Positions 19,319 to 30,510 are shown, numbered from the whole stretch's first letter. The stretch: 63,974 bases of DNA, filler included, from an uncultured Myxococcia bacterium (GCA_964617105.1; 18 parts of 18 records of this genome joined end to end with filler, not necessarily neighbours in it), one strand, 5' to 3'. Translations and numbers: made by a program. Notes: generated by a model not told the origin, from the sequence alone.

Positions 19319-19922
19319 TCAAATGATATTTGCCTGACAATATAGCGGTTAATGCCAATATGCGGGGGCCAAGGAAACCTGACGGCATATCCGACGGCAA
19401 TTCTCCTCGATGCTTTTTACCGCAACAACTACACTTCCCAGAAAATATCTGATGCTCTGTAACTATTGCTTTGATCTCTTTGGGTAATTCAATGACTTGC
19501 CTTCTCTCTCCTGGCTCTGATTTAACTTCTACCTGGCCTCCACAGTCACATTCTTCTTGTGGATAATACGGTATTACTTTATCACATTCCTCTGTTGGTA
19601 ATAATTTTCTGCCTTTGCCCTTATGTCCGTACTGAGCACCTCTTTTACGACCGCCTTTCTTCTTCGGTTTCTTTGGATTGTCTCCTGGTGCATCGCTTGA
19701 CGGCGGCGTGGAAGAATTCTTAGAATTTGTCCCCAGTTTTTCTTGTAAATCTGAAATTGTGACTTTCATCTCTTCAATTGTGGCTTTTAGCGCAGCAATT
19801 TCAGACTTATAGGCAGTCAATTCAGAAAGACGAATTGTGATAAGAGGATCATCCTCTTTGCAAACAGATTGAGTACGTTTAGCCCTCGTAAAAAGGCGTT
19901 GTAAGGAGTTGAACAGTTTCAT
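19278..19922 (-). pseudogene. IS66 transposase (TnpC-like), interrupted
   Basis: Coiled coil, NSKNSSTPPSSD, GAQYGHKG, zinc finger CDCGG...CSCCG, and GFLGPRILA. The frame ends in residues encoded by the 44-bp repeat, before the catalytic core. Confidence 0.85.
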
Positions 19923-20019
19923 CTCCTATTATATAACTCAATTTGAAAAACATAGTTGCCACTTATTCACATTTCGGCCACTATTTTTTAACTTTTTTTC
20001 ATACCACGTGAACGGTTAC
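19319..20019 (-). mobile_element. IS66-family insertion sequence, left part
   Basis: Minus-strand terminus GTAACCGTTCAC at 20019-20008 (IS66-type GTAA end), followed by the transposase ORF. Confidence 0.8.
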
Positions 20020-20288
20020 AAAAGTATAATTTGTGCAGTCTAATAATTGTTTTTAATATAATAGGAAAGAATTTGCAAACAATATTTCCACCACCCCCTA
20101 TTCCAGAGTTTAATTTCCGCATTAGCCCGGCCAGGTTCAGGAAAACTGGCATGATTGAGTGAGTGTGGCGCGTCTGGGCTGCTGCTGAAAAACTGCATGA
20201 CTGACAGATGTCGCCGAATAATTTGGGGCAAACCTTTGATGAAAGTTGCAGTTTGTGCAAATTAAAATGCATCCTGGGTAGATTGGTC

Positions 20289-20317
20289 TTGACAATAGAT
20301 GGTGGTGACGGTAGGTT
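20289..20317 (+). promoter_or_regulatory. Putative sigma70 promoter of glnA (TTGACA-N17-TAGGTT)
   Basis: Consensus -35 with a 17-bp spacer, ~40 bp upstream of the ATG. Confidence 0.45.
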
Positions 20318-20356
20318 GGTTTTAATGATTTGTTAATTTTCAGGGAGATAATTTAT

Positions 20357-21685
20357 ATGAAAACATCCACCGATATTTTAAAGATTCTCAAAGAGGAAAA
20401 AGTAGATTTTCTACAGATGCAGTTTATCGATATATTTGGGATAAATAAAGTTGTGGAACTCCCCTCTTCTCAGTTTAAAAAGGCGCTTAATGGCGAAATT
20501 ATGTTCGATGGCTCCTCGATTGAAGGTTTTACCCGCATCGAAGAGTCGGACATGATTTTACTGCCCGATAATCGCAGTTTCCGCATCTTTCCCTGGACCG
20601 ACCAACAGGGCAAGATAGCCCGAATAATCTGTGATATTTATAACACTGACGGCAGCCCCTTTGCAGGGTGTCCCCGTATGGCGCTGAAAAAGGTGATTGA
20701 ACAGGGCAAGGAGTTGGGATATGAGATGATGGTTGGTCCAGAGTTGGAGTTTTTTCTGTTTATGAAAGATGAACGCGGAGTTGTTACCTTAAAGACCCAC
20801 GATGTAGCTGGATATTTTGATATGGCGCCCGTCGATTTAGGGGATAATGCCCGCCGCGATATTGTTCATGCTTTGCAGGCCCTGGAGTTTGAAGTGGAGG
20901 CATCTCATCACGAAGTGGCTGAAGGGCAGCATGAAATAGATTTTAGGTATGAAGATGCTTTGAAAGCGGCCGACAATATGACCACCTTTAAATACATAGT
21001 AAAAAAGGTGGCCGCTGATTATGGTTTGCATGCTACTTTTATTCCCAAACCCATATATGGCAGCAATGGTTCAGGTATGCACTGTCACCAGAGTCTGTTT
21101 GCTGAAAATGGGGAAAACGTCTTTTTTGACCAGCATGCTGAGATGCAGTTAAGCCAGGTAGCCTTGAGTTATGTGGCTGGTATTCTGGCCCATGCCAAGG
21201 CCTTTGTGGCTATTACCAACCCGCTGGTCAACTCCTATAAACGCTTGAAGCCCGGCTATGAGGCGCCGGTAAACATAGCCTGGTCTGAGAAAAATCGTTC
21301 ACCCTTAATACGGGTCCCGGCTCGGCGGGGTAGCGGTACCCGTATTGAGGTCAGGTTGCCTGACCCCTCTTCCAATCCCTATTTGGCCTTGGCGGTAATG
21401 CTAAGGTCAGGCCTGGACGGCGTAGAAAAAGGCAGCACGCCGCCGCCTCCGGTAAATAAAAACATCTTTACCATGAGTCACCGGGAGAAGAGGCGTTTAA
21501 AAATCGATGCTATACCGGAAAACCTGCTAAAGGCGTTGGAGGCCTTAAAAAGTGATAAGGTGGTGCGTTCGGCTCTGGGTGAACATATCTACAACCATTT
21601 TTTTACTTCTAAAATAGAGGAGTGGCGGCAATACACCTCCCGGGTTCATCAATGGGAACTTGATAATTATATCAGTGTATATTAA
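20357..21685 (+). CDS. glnA: Glutamine synthetase type I (GSI-alpha)
   Basis: Motifs FDGSSIEGF, GPELEFF, HHEVAEGQHEI, PKPIYGSNGSGMHCH, NSYKRLKPGYEAP and RIEVRLPD. Start at ATG 20357 after GGGAGA. Confidence 0.97.
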   Translation: MKTSTDILKILKEEKVDFLQMQFIDIFGINKVVELPSSQFKKALNGEIMFDGSSIEGFTRIEESDMILLPDNRSFRIFPWTDQQGKIARIICDIYNTDGSPFAGCPRMALKKVIEQGKELGYEMMVGPELEFFLFMKDERGVVTLKTHDVAGYFDMAPVDLGDNARRDIVHALQALEFEVEASHHEVAEGQHEIDFRYEDALKAADNMTTFKYIVKKVAADYGLHATFIPKPIYGSNGSGMHCHQSLFAENGENVFFDQHAEMQLSQVALSYVAGILAHAKAFVAITNPLVNSYKRLKPGYEAPVNIAWSEKNRSPLIRVPARRGSGTRIEVRLPDPSSNPYLALAVMLRSGLDGVEKGSTPPPPVNKNIFTMSHREKRRLKIDAIPENLLKALEALKSDKVVRSALGEHIYNHFFTSKIEEWRQYTSRVHQWELDNYISVY

Positions 21686-21737
21686 ATTATTATTTACGAT
21701 CGTCATCAATATGCCCTAAACAGGAGAATTGTAAAAG

Positions 21738-22841
21738 ATGAACAGGTTTACCAACTGGCTAGTTAAGAGATATATCAGGGATTATCAGGATACTGGCAAC
21801 TTGGTGGTAAGAGCCCGTTATGGCTCCTTAGAGGGCTGGATAAGCATTATCGGCAATACTATATTGTTTATCATTAAAATTATGGTGGGCCTCTCCATTA
21901 ACAGCATTGCTCTTATTGCCGATGCAGTGCATACTTTGTCAGATTCAGCCACTTCAATAGTGATAATTTTGGGCTTTAAAATAGCCAAAAAGCCCTCTGA
22001 TAAGGAACATCCTTTTGGCCATGGAAGAATGGAGTCGATAGCTACATTGATAGTGGCAGTATTACTCTTTGTGGCTGGTTTTGAATTGTTGCAACAATCG
22101 GTTAGCAGCCTGTTCAATCCCCATGAATCAACCGCTGGTTTTGGGGCTATCATAATTATTACCTTGACCATTCTGGTCAAAGAGTTAATGTCTCGTTTCG
22201 CTTTTGTGCTGGGAGAGATGATAGACTCCAAAGCCTTGATGGCCGATGCCTTGCACCACCGCAGCGATGTATTTGCCACCGCCTTGGTGGTTATCTCCAT
22301 GGTGGCGTCCCGTTGGGGCTTTTTTTGGGTTGATGGAGTTATGGGAGGGCTAGTTTCTGCGATTATATTTTATTCTGCTTACACTATCGCCAAAGAAGCA
22401 ATTGATCCCTTACTGGGAGAAGCACCTTCCCTGGAAATGCTAAAAGAGATAGAGAAATTGGCCAAATCTCAGGAGGGTGTGATCGGGGTACACGATATTA
22501 TTGTTCACAAATACGGTTTTACTAATATTATTTCACTGCATATTGAAGTTTCTGATAGCGATACGCCGGCCAATTTGCATGATATCTCCGAAAAAGTGGA
22601 GGTATTGATCTCCCAGGTAATGGGAGGGGCGGTGACGGTGCACATCGACCCGTTAAATACCGGTCATCCCTATTACCAGAAGATCCATAAGGCCATGGAA
22701 GAGATAGTGGCTGCTGATAAACGGATCACCGCTTTTCATGATTTACGGATAGTTGGCCAAGATAAAGAGAAGTGTACCGTAGTTTTCGACCTGGTGCTGG
22801 AAAATGCTACTGATCTACAGGAGAATTATAACCTGGTTAGT
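21738..22841 (+). CDS. Cation diffusion facilitator (FieF-like) transporter, 3' truncated
   Basis: Motifs ADAVHTLSD, HPFGHGRMES and DALHHRSD, plus C-terminal dimerisation domain(s). Confidence 0.92.
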
Positions 22842-23041
22842 NNNNNNNNNNNNNNNNNNNNNNNNNNNNNNNNNNNNNNNNNNNNTTAATTAATTAANNN
22901 NNNNNNNNNNNNNNNNNNNNNNNNNNNNNNNNNNNNNNNNNGGCAAATAGACAGAGTTATTGCGCTGATAAAGTGTTTGAACATGGTTTGTTCTCCCAAA
23001 ATTCAGTAAAAATTCGTAATATGCCATGGAGCACGCCATGG

Positions 23042-23710
23042 CTATAATTTCGAATTCCCAGATAGTTTTTTATGGTTAATAATACCATTATCCAGGCAGT
23101 AAAAATCTTGACTTATCTGCTCTAAAAATTCCTGGTCGTGTGAAGCGATAATTATTTTTTTCCCTCCACTCCTGGTAGTTTCAGCAGAGATTTTTTTAAA
23201 AATATCCATGATTAAAAGCCGATTTTTTTGATCCACTCCGGCTAAAGGTTCATCCAAAAGAAAGATATCAGGGTCCAGGGCAAATATTCTGGCCAGATCC
23301 ACAAGTTTTATCTCTCCGGATGATAGAGTCTTGCCTTTTCTATTATTAATAGGCTGCAAACCGAATTGTTCTATTACCTTTTCAGTTTGTTTTTTAGCCT
23401 CCAGCCGCTTAAATCTGTTAATGGACAATCCTATTTTGATATTTTCATAAACCGAGGTATCAAATAGATATGGATGTTGCAAAGTGAACCCGGTTTTCTT
23501 TTGAGGAAAATTGATGGTACCCTTTTGGGCCGGCAATAAACCAGCCAATATTTTGAGTAAAGTGGTTTTACCAGAGCCATTGGGGCCGATAAAACAGGTA
23601 ACGCCACTTTCATTGATGGACAGTTCATCAATACTTAAAGCCGGTCTGCCGCCGTTGTACGAGAAAGTTAAGTTTTTGATTTTATACAGGGTCAACTCGT
23701 TTTTTTCCAT
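23042..23710 (-). CDS. tupC: Tungstate ABC transporter ATP-binding protein
   Basis: Walker A GPNGSGKT, LSSGE and LLDEP; in operon with tupA and tupB. Confidence 0.8.
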   Translation of the reverse strand: MEKNELTLYKIKNLTFSYNGGRPALSIDELSINESGVTCFIGPNGSGKTTLLKILAGLLPAQKGTINFPQKKTGFTLQHPYLFDTSVYENIKIGLSINRFKRLEAKKQTEKVIEQFGLQPINNRKGKTLSSGEIKLVDLARIFALDPDIFLLDEPLAGVDQKNRLLIMDIFKKISAETTRSGGKKIIIASHDQEFLEQISQDFYCLDNGIINHKKLSGNSKL

Positions 23711-24407
23711 AAAATAGTTGTTGTCGAAGGTATATCAAATTAATAATCAGGTTAATAAGCAGACTGGCCAAAAGCAGAATAATCCCTAAGGCAATACTTT
23801 TTCCAATCTCTCCTTTGGAAGTTTCCAGAGTTATAGTGGTAGCCATGGTTCTGGTATATCCTTTGATGTTGCCTCCAACCATAATAGCTGAGCCCAATTC
23901 AGTCAATACCCGGCCAAAAGCAGTCATCATAACGGTAATAAAAGCGATTTTTCCCTCTCTAAATAGGAGCCTCATGGTCTGAAATTTTGAGGCTCCCAAC
24001 GATTTGGCGGTCTCTATGATACGATAATCCAGTTTTTCCGAGGTGGATATGGTTAGAGCGATCAAGATAGGTAAGGCCAGGATTATTTGACCGATCAGTA
24101 TGGCTTCCGGAGTAAACAAGAGATTTAAAAAACCCAGCGGGCCGCTTCTGGAAAAAAGGGAATAAAGTACCAGCCCAATGATTACAGTTGGAAGTCCTAA
24201 CAGGGTGTTGAACAAAGTGATGACCATCAAACGGCCTGGAAATTTAGAAATTGATAGCCATAATCCCATAGGTAAACCTATTAGGCTGGAGATAATAATA
24301 GCTGAAAAAGAGACCTTTAAAGTAAGCAAAATGATCCCATAAATATATGGGTCAAAAGATAACAACAATTCAAAAGCACTGGTGAATCCATTTAATATAT
24401 GGTTCAA
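23682..24407 (-). CDS. tupB: Tungstate ABC transporter permease
   Basis: Motifs NTLLGLPTVIIGL, SRSGPLG, LLFTP and FGRVLTELGSAIMVGGNIKGYTRTMATTI. Confidence 0.88.
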   Translation of the reverse strand: MNHILNGFTSAFELLLSFDPYIYGIILLTLKVSFSAIIISSLIGLPMGLWLSISKFPGRLMVITLFNTLLGLPTVIIGLVLYSLFSRSGPLGFLNLLFTPEAILIGQIILALPILIALTISTSEKLDYRIIETAKSLGASKFQTMRLLFREGKIAFITVMMTAFGRVLTELGSAIMVGGNIKGYTRTMATTITLETSKGEIGKSIALGIILLLASLLINLIINLIYLRQQLFYGKKRVDPV

Positions 24408-24459
24408 CTTTAATAACCTGAGGTTGGTCCAACGGTTATGCCGTGGAGATATTATTGGT

Positions 24460-25278
24460 CTATTTCATATGTAATGGGAAAAAACATCTCTTTCCCTTTT
24501 TGGTATAATTTTTTATCAAACTTTGGGCTTTTTTACCAATTATCCATTGGCGAAAAGTTAAGGCCTGGTTGACTTTTACCTGGGGGATTTTCGCCGGATT
24601 AACTATAATTAAACTGTAAAGATTGTGCATCTCTTTTTTGCCGAAAAAAACCTGTCCAAAGTTTTTGAATTTATGTTTGAAATTGAGGAAAGTTCCTTCA
24701 TCGCTAAGGGTATAGGCGTTTTTCTCATAGGCCATGATCAGAGTTTTTCCCATCCCCATGCCGGTTTCAAGATACCATTTTTTGGTTTTTTTTATTGGAG
24801 AATTTAGTTTTTCCCACAGGATCATCTCTTTTTTATGGGTTCCGGACAGGTCGCCTCGAGAGATGAAAAGGTACTGCTTTTGTTGAATGGTATCTAAAAC
24901 CGCAGTTATATCCCTGGCATTTTTAAATATCTTTTTTCCACCAAAAGGACCCACCAGCATAAAATAGTTGTACATCACTTCGGTTCGTTTTATACCATAA
25001 CCCTGTTGGACAAATTCCATCTCATCTTTGGGAGAGTGAACCCAGAGCAGGTCAACATCCCCTCCCCTGGCCAAAGTTAAGGCTCGGCCCGTGCCTACTG
25101 GGATGATATGAATTTTGATCTTGGTTTCCGCTTCAAAAATAGGAACCAGATGGTCCAACAACCCGGAATTTTCCAGGCTGGTGGTGGTAGCCAGTTTTAA
25201 AACATCTGCCGAGGATGCCTGACCGGGCACTGCCATCAAAAGAGTAATAAATAATATTGTAATGAATGATTTTGCCAT
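24460..25278 (-). CDS. tupA: Tungstate ABC transporter substrate-binding protein
   Basis: Signal peptide and TupA signature LATTTSLENSGLL, VGTGRAL, FISRGDLSGTHKKE and G.GMGKTL. Confidence 0.9.
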   Translation of the reverse strand: MAKSFITILFITLLMAVPGQASSADVLKLATTTSLENSGLLDHLVPIFEAETKIKIHIIPVGTGRALTLARGGDVDLLWVHSPKDEMEFVQQGYGIKRTEVMYNYFMLVGPFGGKKIFKNARDITAVLDTIQQKQYLFISRGDLSGTHKKEMILWEKLNSPIKKTKKWYLETGMGMGKTLIMAYEKNAYTLSDEGTFLNFKHKFKNFGQVFFGKKEMHNLYSLIIVNPAKIPQVKVNQALTFRQWIIGKKAQSLIKNYTKKGKRCFFPLHMK

Positions 25279-25507
25279 GCTGCCTCAGTTGAAAAATAGG
25301 GAAAGTATAGGGAACCATCCGGAAACTTCATATTTTGTACAGACTGAAAAAACAAATGCTATTTTGCCATTATATTGAGACTCTGGCAAGAAGGAAATTA
25401 TGCGCTTTTGCGCCTCACTATTAAATCCACCTTTCATTTAAATGTGATAGGTGCTAAAATTAAATTTGTTTTTGAGTAATTGAATTAATTTATTTAAAAG
25501 ATATTCA

Positions 25508-26482
25508 ATGTTATTTTCAACCATTGATTCAGGCGACCTCTATTTACGGCTCTCGGTTACTGACCATTGCAATCTCTATTGCCGTTACTGCCGTTCTGCT
25601 GCCCCAAAAAATCAACAATCAACTTTTGGCCTGGATGAAGAAAAATTATTAGACTTGGTTCTCAGAATAGAGCGATTATCGCCCCTAAAAAAACTTCGCC
25701 TCACCGGTGGTGAACCTCTGATTAAGCGGCAATTGCCCAACTTTATTGCTAAATTGCGTCAGAGATTGCCAAATACCGAACTGTGTCTAACCACTAATGG
25801 TATTTTGCTAAAACAACAGGCCTCTTTATTAAAACAAACCGGTTTGGATCGGATTAATATCAGCCTGGACACCCTTAATGAAAAATCTTTTATCGCTCTT
25901 ACAAGATGCGGGTCTGTTAAGGAGGTGATAGAGGGAATCGAAGCGGCTGAAGAGGCAGGGTTTAAGCGAATAAAAATAAATACGGTGTTGCTGCGTTCCT
26001 ATAATAGCAAAAATTTACCCGACCTGGTCCGGTTTGCCTTTAAAAAAGATTGCCAAATCCGTTTTATCGAATTGATGCCAATGGAGATGGAGCATAACTT
26101 TTATGAACAGGAATATTTTTCGGCTCAAGAAGCTTTATTGATTTTATCTGAAACTTTTACCTACCGGCATCCCCTGGAGAATAAAGGTAAAACCAGTTAC
26201 CACCTTTTTCAGGACCAGGGTAAAAAATTGTCAGTAGGATTTATCCCGTCAGTATCCCAACCCTTTTGCTCTTCTTGCAACAAATTGCGTATAGATTGCC
26301 GGGGTAATATTTTTCCCTGTTTGCGCTCCAGCCAAGGTTTGAGTTATAGTTCAATTTTACACACCGAGTCGGATGATAAACTACAAAAGATGATTCAGGA
26401 GATAACCGGAAAGATCAAAGAGAATGAAGAACATAGAGAGTTCTACTGGCACCGCCGGTCTATGGCCGCTATTGGAGGATAG
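25508..26482 (+). CDS. moaA: GTP 3',8-cyclase (molybdenum/tungsten cofactor biosynthesis)
   Basis: YLRLSVTDHCNLYCRYC (CX3CX2C), TGGEPL, FIELMP, FCSSCNKLR...C and C-terminal IGG. Confidence 0.93.
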   Translation: MLFSTIDSGDLYLRLSVTDHCNLYCRYCRSAAPKNQQSTFGLDEEKLLDLVLRIERLSPLKKLRLTGGEPLIKRQLPNFIAKLRQRLPNTELCLTTNGILLKQQASLLKQTGLDRINISLDTLNEKSFIALTRCGSVKEVIEGIEAAEEAGFKRIKINTVLLRSYNSKNLPDLVRFAFKKDCQIRFIELMPMEMEHNFYEQEYFSAQEALLILSETFTYRHPLENKGKTSYHLFQDQGKKLSVGFIPSVSQPFCSSCNKLRIDCRGNIFPCLRSSQGLSYSSILHTESDDKLQKMIQEITGKIKENEEHREFYWHRRSMAAIGG

Positions 26483-26659
26483 GATTGAGAAACGCTAAAA
26501 TGANNNNNNNNNNNNNNNNNNNNNNNNNNNNNNNNNNNNNNNNNNNNTTAATTAATTAANNNNNNNNNNNNNNNNNNNNNNNNNNNNNNNNNNNNNNNNN
26601 NNNCATATGAATAGATAGTATCATATATGTATAGATTATGTCAAGCAGTTATTTGCCCT

Positions 26660-29600
26660 TTACTGATGTACCTCTGACCAGGCAGAACGAACTTTTTCCA
26701 CATCTTTCCATAACTGGCGAGTCTCCTCGGTAACATCTAATCCTTTGGTCAATTCGCCCTTATAAACCACCATATTTCCCTGGCTGTCCAACATAACATC
26801 GGGAGAAACCGGTACATCATATACATTTTGCAATTTGCTGATGCTTCCCTCTTCCAAGGCTTTACCCTCACCTTCTTCACAATCGGTATATCCCCGGTGT
26901 GGCAAACTGTAAAACCAGGCAGTCCCCTGAAAATAATCCAAAGTATAATCACATGCCCCCAACTCTTTTCCAGCAGAACCGGGATCTGTTCTGAAAGTGC
27001 TAAAATTGACTTTGTTGTTAAAAACAATTGGAGCAGACAATATTTTTTCATCTACAAAAGTCATATCCATGTACCAACCGTTCTTGCCATTGCCATCTTG
27101 GGTGTTATTGCAAAAACTACCCGGGTTCAACTCCTGGACATCACCGGTATCTAAAACTTCCGGGCTTTCCATATCCACAATTGAATAGAACCTCTGCTGC
27201 ATACCGGTGACCGAATAGGGATGAGAACGATCTCCAGTACCAAAATAGATAATCCTCTTCAATCCTGCACCTTCGATGGTTTCCATGGTTATATCAACTG
27301 CTTGATAAATAGGTCGAGTCTGATAAAGATTATTTGACTGACAATTCACACTGGTGTTTTCCGGTCCAACCGCACCGGCAAATAACTGGCGCAACTCGCC
27401 CTCTCCGTTTTTAGCATCCAGGTCGAGGAACCAGACATTACCGCCAAGATCCCCTACATAGTACCAGCGCAAACTATTATCGGTGATGTCAGGCCGTACC
27501 GCTGCCACGTCTGCCACAATTGGAAAACACATGGAACCTGTCTGTGTCCATTTTTTTATTAGTGCGCCAGTAGAGATATTGAATACTCCAATAAAATTAC
27601 CACTTGGAACAGTGGACGGTACGGTTATTTCTTTATATTTAGTTTTATCCTTGGTAGAAAAATAGTTGGGATCGTAGTTTTCCATATCATAACCGCCACC
27701 AAATACCGCCACCACAGCTTTAGCACTTTTGTTGTATCCTACCGCCGGTGTGGACCAAGTCTGCCCAAGGTTTTCAACACACACCGTCATTCCATCTCCT
27801 GTAGGCGAACCATCGCTTTGACAGAAATCTTTCTCATTATTTTCAGGTCCATACCCACATATTCGCTTGTGCAATACCGGCCCGGAACTACTAGGGGGTT
27901 CGTGCACATCCAAAATTATATAGCAACGCCCTCCTCGACGAAAACCTACCATCAAGTATGCTTCTTCCGTACTATCAATAATGCCATTGCGATTGACATC
28001 GTGGTGGGCTAAAGTGGGTGGGGCATCCACATAATAAACATGCCGCCCTACCCTCTGTCCGGGTAGTGTCGGTTTTCCCGAATGGATCGGGTCTAGAGGA
28101 TCCATCTCCTTTAGCCTTTGAACCAACTGCCCGGGAATAAAACCGTAAACCTCTTTCCCCTCATCTCCATCAAAAACATGCAGCATGCCATCATTGGCAC
28201 CCATGGCGATATAGTGTTTATCTCCGGGATATTCAAGGATAAGGGGTCTGGAATGAAGGCTGTCCCCCAATATCCAATTGCTGTCATCCTGCTTTTGACC
28301 ATTGGCATCTAAATATTTATTGCGCTCAAATGGATCTTCCTCCACTCCTTCACCTTCAAGAAACTTGTACCCATAAATATGATTAAGTAAATTTTTGCGC
28401 CTGGTATCTATGACAGTGGCATCCGCTCCATCCAATTCCAATTGCTCAGCATTCAAATCCTGCAACCCGATCTTTTGACCATTCAGGTTGTATGTGTAAA
28501 GGCTGCGCGGATTATCCTTGCTTTTCTGCAGTAGTCTTCCCCCTGTCCCGGAATTATTGACATCCGCCCGAGGAGGATCATCTCCAACAGCATCAAGAGT
28601 CACCTGCATGAACTTCTCTGATGCGCCACTGGTGCCAGTCTCAAAGTCGGTGACCATTATTTTCCATAAATTGCCGCGCCAAAAACCGGAATGGTGTGGT
28701 CTAAACACCGGAATATAATATGAAGTCTGGCTGAAAGTCTCCTGGGGCAAAAATACCGGCGCAGTAAAACTGACCGCTGTACGAGTAGCTACTGAAGATA
28801 AAATCTTACCCAAAGCCTCACCCAAAGAACCAGCATTTTTAGAATGGTAGTAACTCTCCCCACCCCTGATGGCCGCCTGTTCCAATATCTCTTTGGCCTC
28901 CTGGTGGTAGTCCTCGTTTAAAACACCAATAGTAAACAGTTTAAAGGGTGGTATCCGTTCCCTGGTGTCTTCGGTCTGAGGGAAAGAGTATTGAGTGCCC
29001 TGGTTATCAACAGTTATTGATAGAGATTCGTCACCCCAATCTTTGTTGCCATATTGGGCTACATGGTTGAGGGAGCACTCATTGCAAGAGTAGCAATCAT
29101 GAGTGGATGAACAACTCCAATCATAGGTATCGCAACCTGCTTTGTCAATGGTGGAAGAACACATAAAAGCGTTGTTTGCTGCTCTTTCATTGACCTCCAA
29201 AACATCATTGGTATTGTCTTGATAGACTCCGGGATTAGAGGCAATCTCAGACCAGACGTTATCCAAAACCACCTCGGTATTGGAGTAGACGTTAGATGTC
29301 TGGCATTGAGATGTACTCAGACATAACTCCTGCATATTGCCATCGAACCAGGGCTCTCCATCAGAAATCATCACAGCAAAACTCTGGCGGCACCAATTCT
29401 TGTCCTGGTAGGGGGAAACATATTTCTTTCCATCCTTGTAATAATAGGGTGGCGTTGGGTTCTTAGCATCTAAATCATCTTGATCATACCTGGCCTCCGC
29501 CCCTAAAAAATACTGGTAACCCTCATATAGCATCTCTCCAATGGGGGTCATAGTAGATCCACCTTTGTAATATTCACCATCTTTATCCACATCCCGGATT

Positions 29601-30164
29601 AAATTTAAAATATTATCCAGGCTGTCGATAGAACTCATCTCTTTACATTGACCTTCCAAATCGGAAGTAACAGAGTTGCGGTAACAGTTGGAAAAAAGAA
29701 TGTCTCCTCCCTCGTGCAGGTCGGTATGCATCATGGAAAGTCTAAAAATCGGGAAATATTTAACAATAATGCTCTGGTTATGGTACCAATTGTCTGCACT
29801 CCGGCCGGTAAGGATCACTTTGGCCACATCCAACCGGTCAGCGGTTAACCAGTTAAGATAATTACCACTTATTTGGGGCGGACTCTGGCGGAAATCCTCC
29901 CATTTACCAGATCTGCCCTTATATATTTCTCCATCGACTTCATATTCAGTACTTATCAACTCATCTTTTGTCCAGAATATGGGAAAGCCGTATTCATCAT
30001 AATTACTGGCCGGCAGCCCTAACTCAAGTAGTCCCCTGTAGGTTTTATTAACCTCGTAGGTTTTGTCTGGATTATAGGGGCCGACATACTGTTTACTTGA
30101 AACATAGAGTTCATCATAAGCATCCATCTCCATGGAGGCTGACAGATCCAGCATTAAAATCAAG
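26660..30164 (-). CDS. pilY1: PilY1/PilC-type type IV pilus tip adhesin with vWA domain, 5' truncated
   Basis: MIDAS-like LDLSASM and ISDGEP; PilC propeller motifs LGDSLHSRP, GANDGMLHVF, YYVDAPP, GFRRGG, LGQTWSTP, YVGDLGGNVW, FGTGDR and GWYMD. Confidence 0.88.
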
Positions 30165-30264
30165 NNNNNNNNNNNNNNNNNNNNNNNNNNNNNNNNNNNN
30201 NNNNNNNNTTAATTAATTAANNNNNNNNNNNNNNNNNNNNNNNNNNNNNNNNNNNNNNNNNNNN

Positions 30265-30319
30265 CTTCTTGGCTTTGACCTCTGGCTTCTTGGCTTTGAC
30301 CTCTGGCTTCTTGGCTTTG
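30265..30319. repeat. 21-bp tandem repeat CTTCTTGGCTTTGACCTCTGG (~2.6 copies)
   Basis: Read directly at the contig start; encodes PEVKAKK on the minus strand. Confidence 0.9.
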
Positions 30320-30336
30320 GTTGGCGCCTTTGGCAC
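30265..30336 (-). CDS. N-terminus of a Lys/Ala/Pro-rich repeat protein (histone H1-like), 3' truncated
   Basis: GTG start after AAAAGGGA gives MPKAPTKAKKPEVKAKKPEVKAKK to the contig edge. Confidence 0.5.
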
Positions 30337-30510
30337 GATATATTCCCTTTTGGTTATAATTATGGCTCTCTAGAAAAACTTTATTTGCAATATGTTACAA
30401 TCAACCTTATTTGTGCGAATAAAGTTTTGAGCGAGCCTTTAGTCCATTTTAAACCTAAAGTTATATTATAAACAACAGGTTAACTTTTATCAAGCAGTAA
30501 TTCGGCAGTT

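Noticed and set aside
21738-22841. CDF transporter as MamB/MamM supporting the magnetosome idea
   Set aside because: It follows glnA on a separate contig and has a generic FieF-like sequence with an extended C-terminus; nothing links it to the HEAT-protein contig.
25279-25507. Moco/Tuco riboswitch between tupA and moaA
   Set aside because: I could not find the conserved stems by eye and the region is very AT-rich; an Infernal search is needed.
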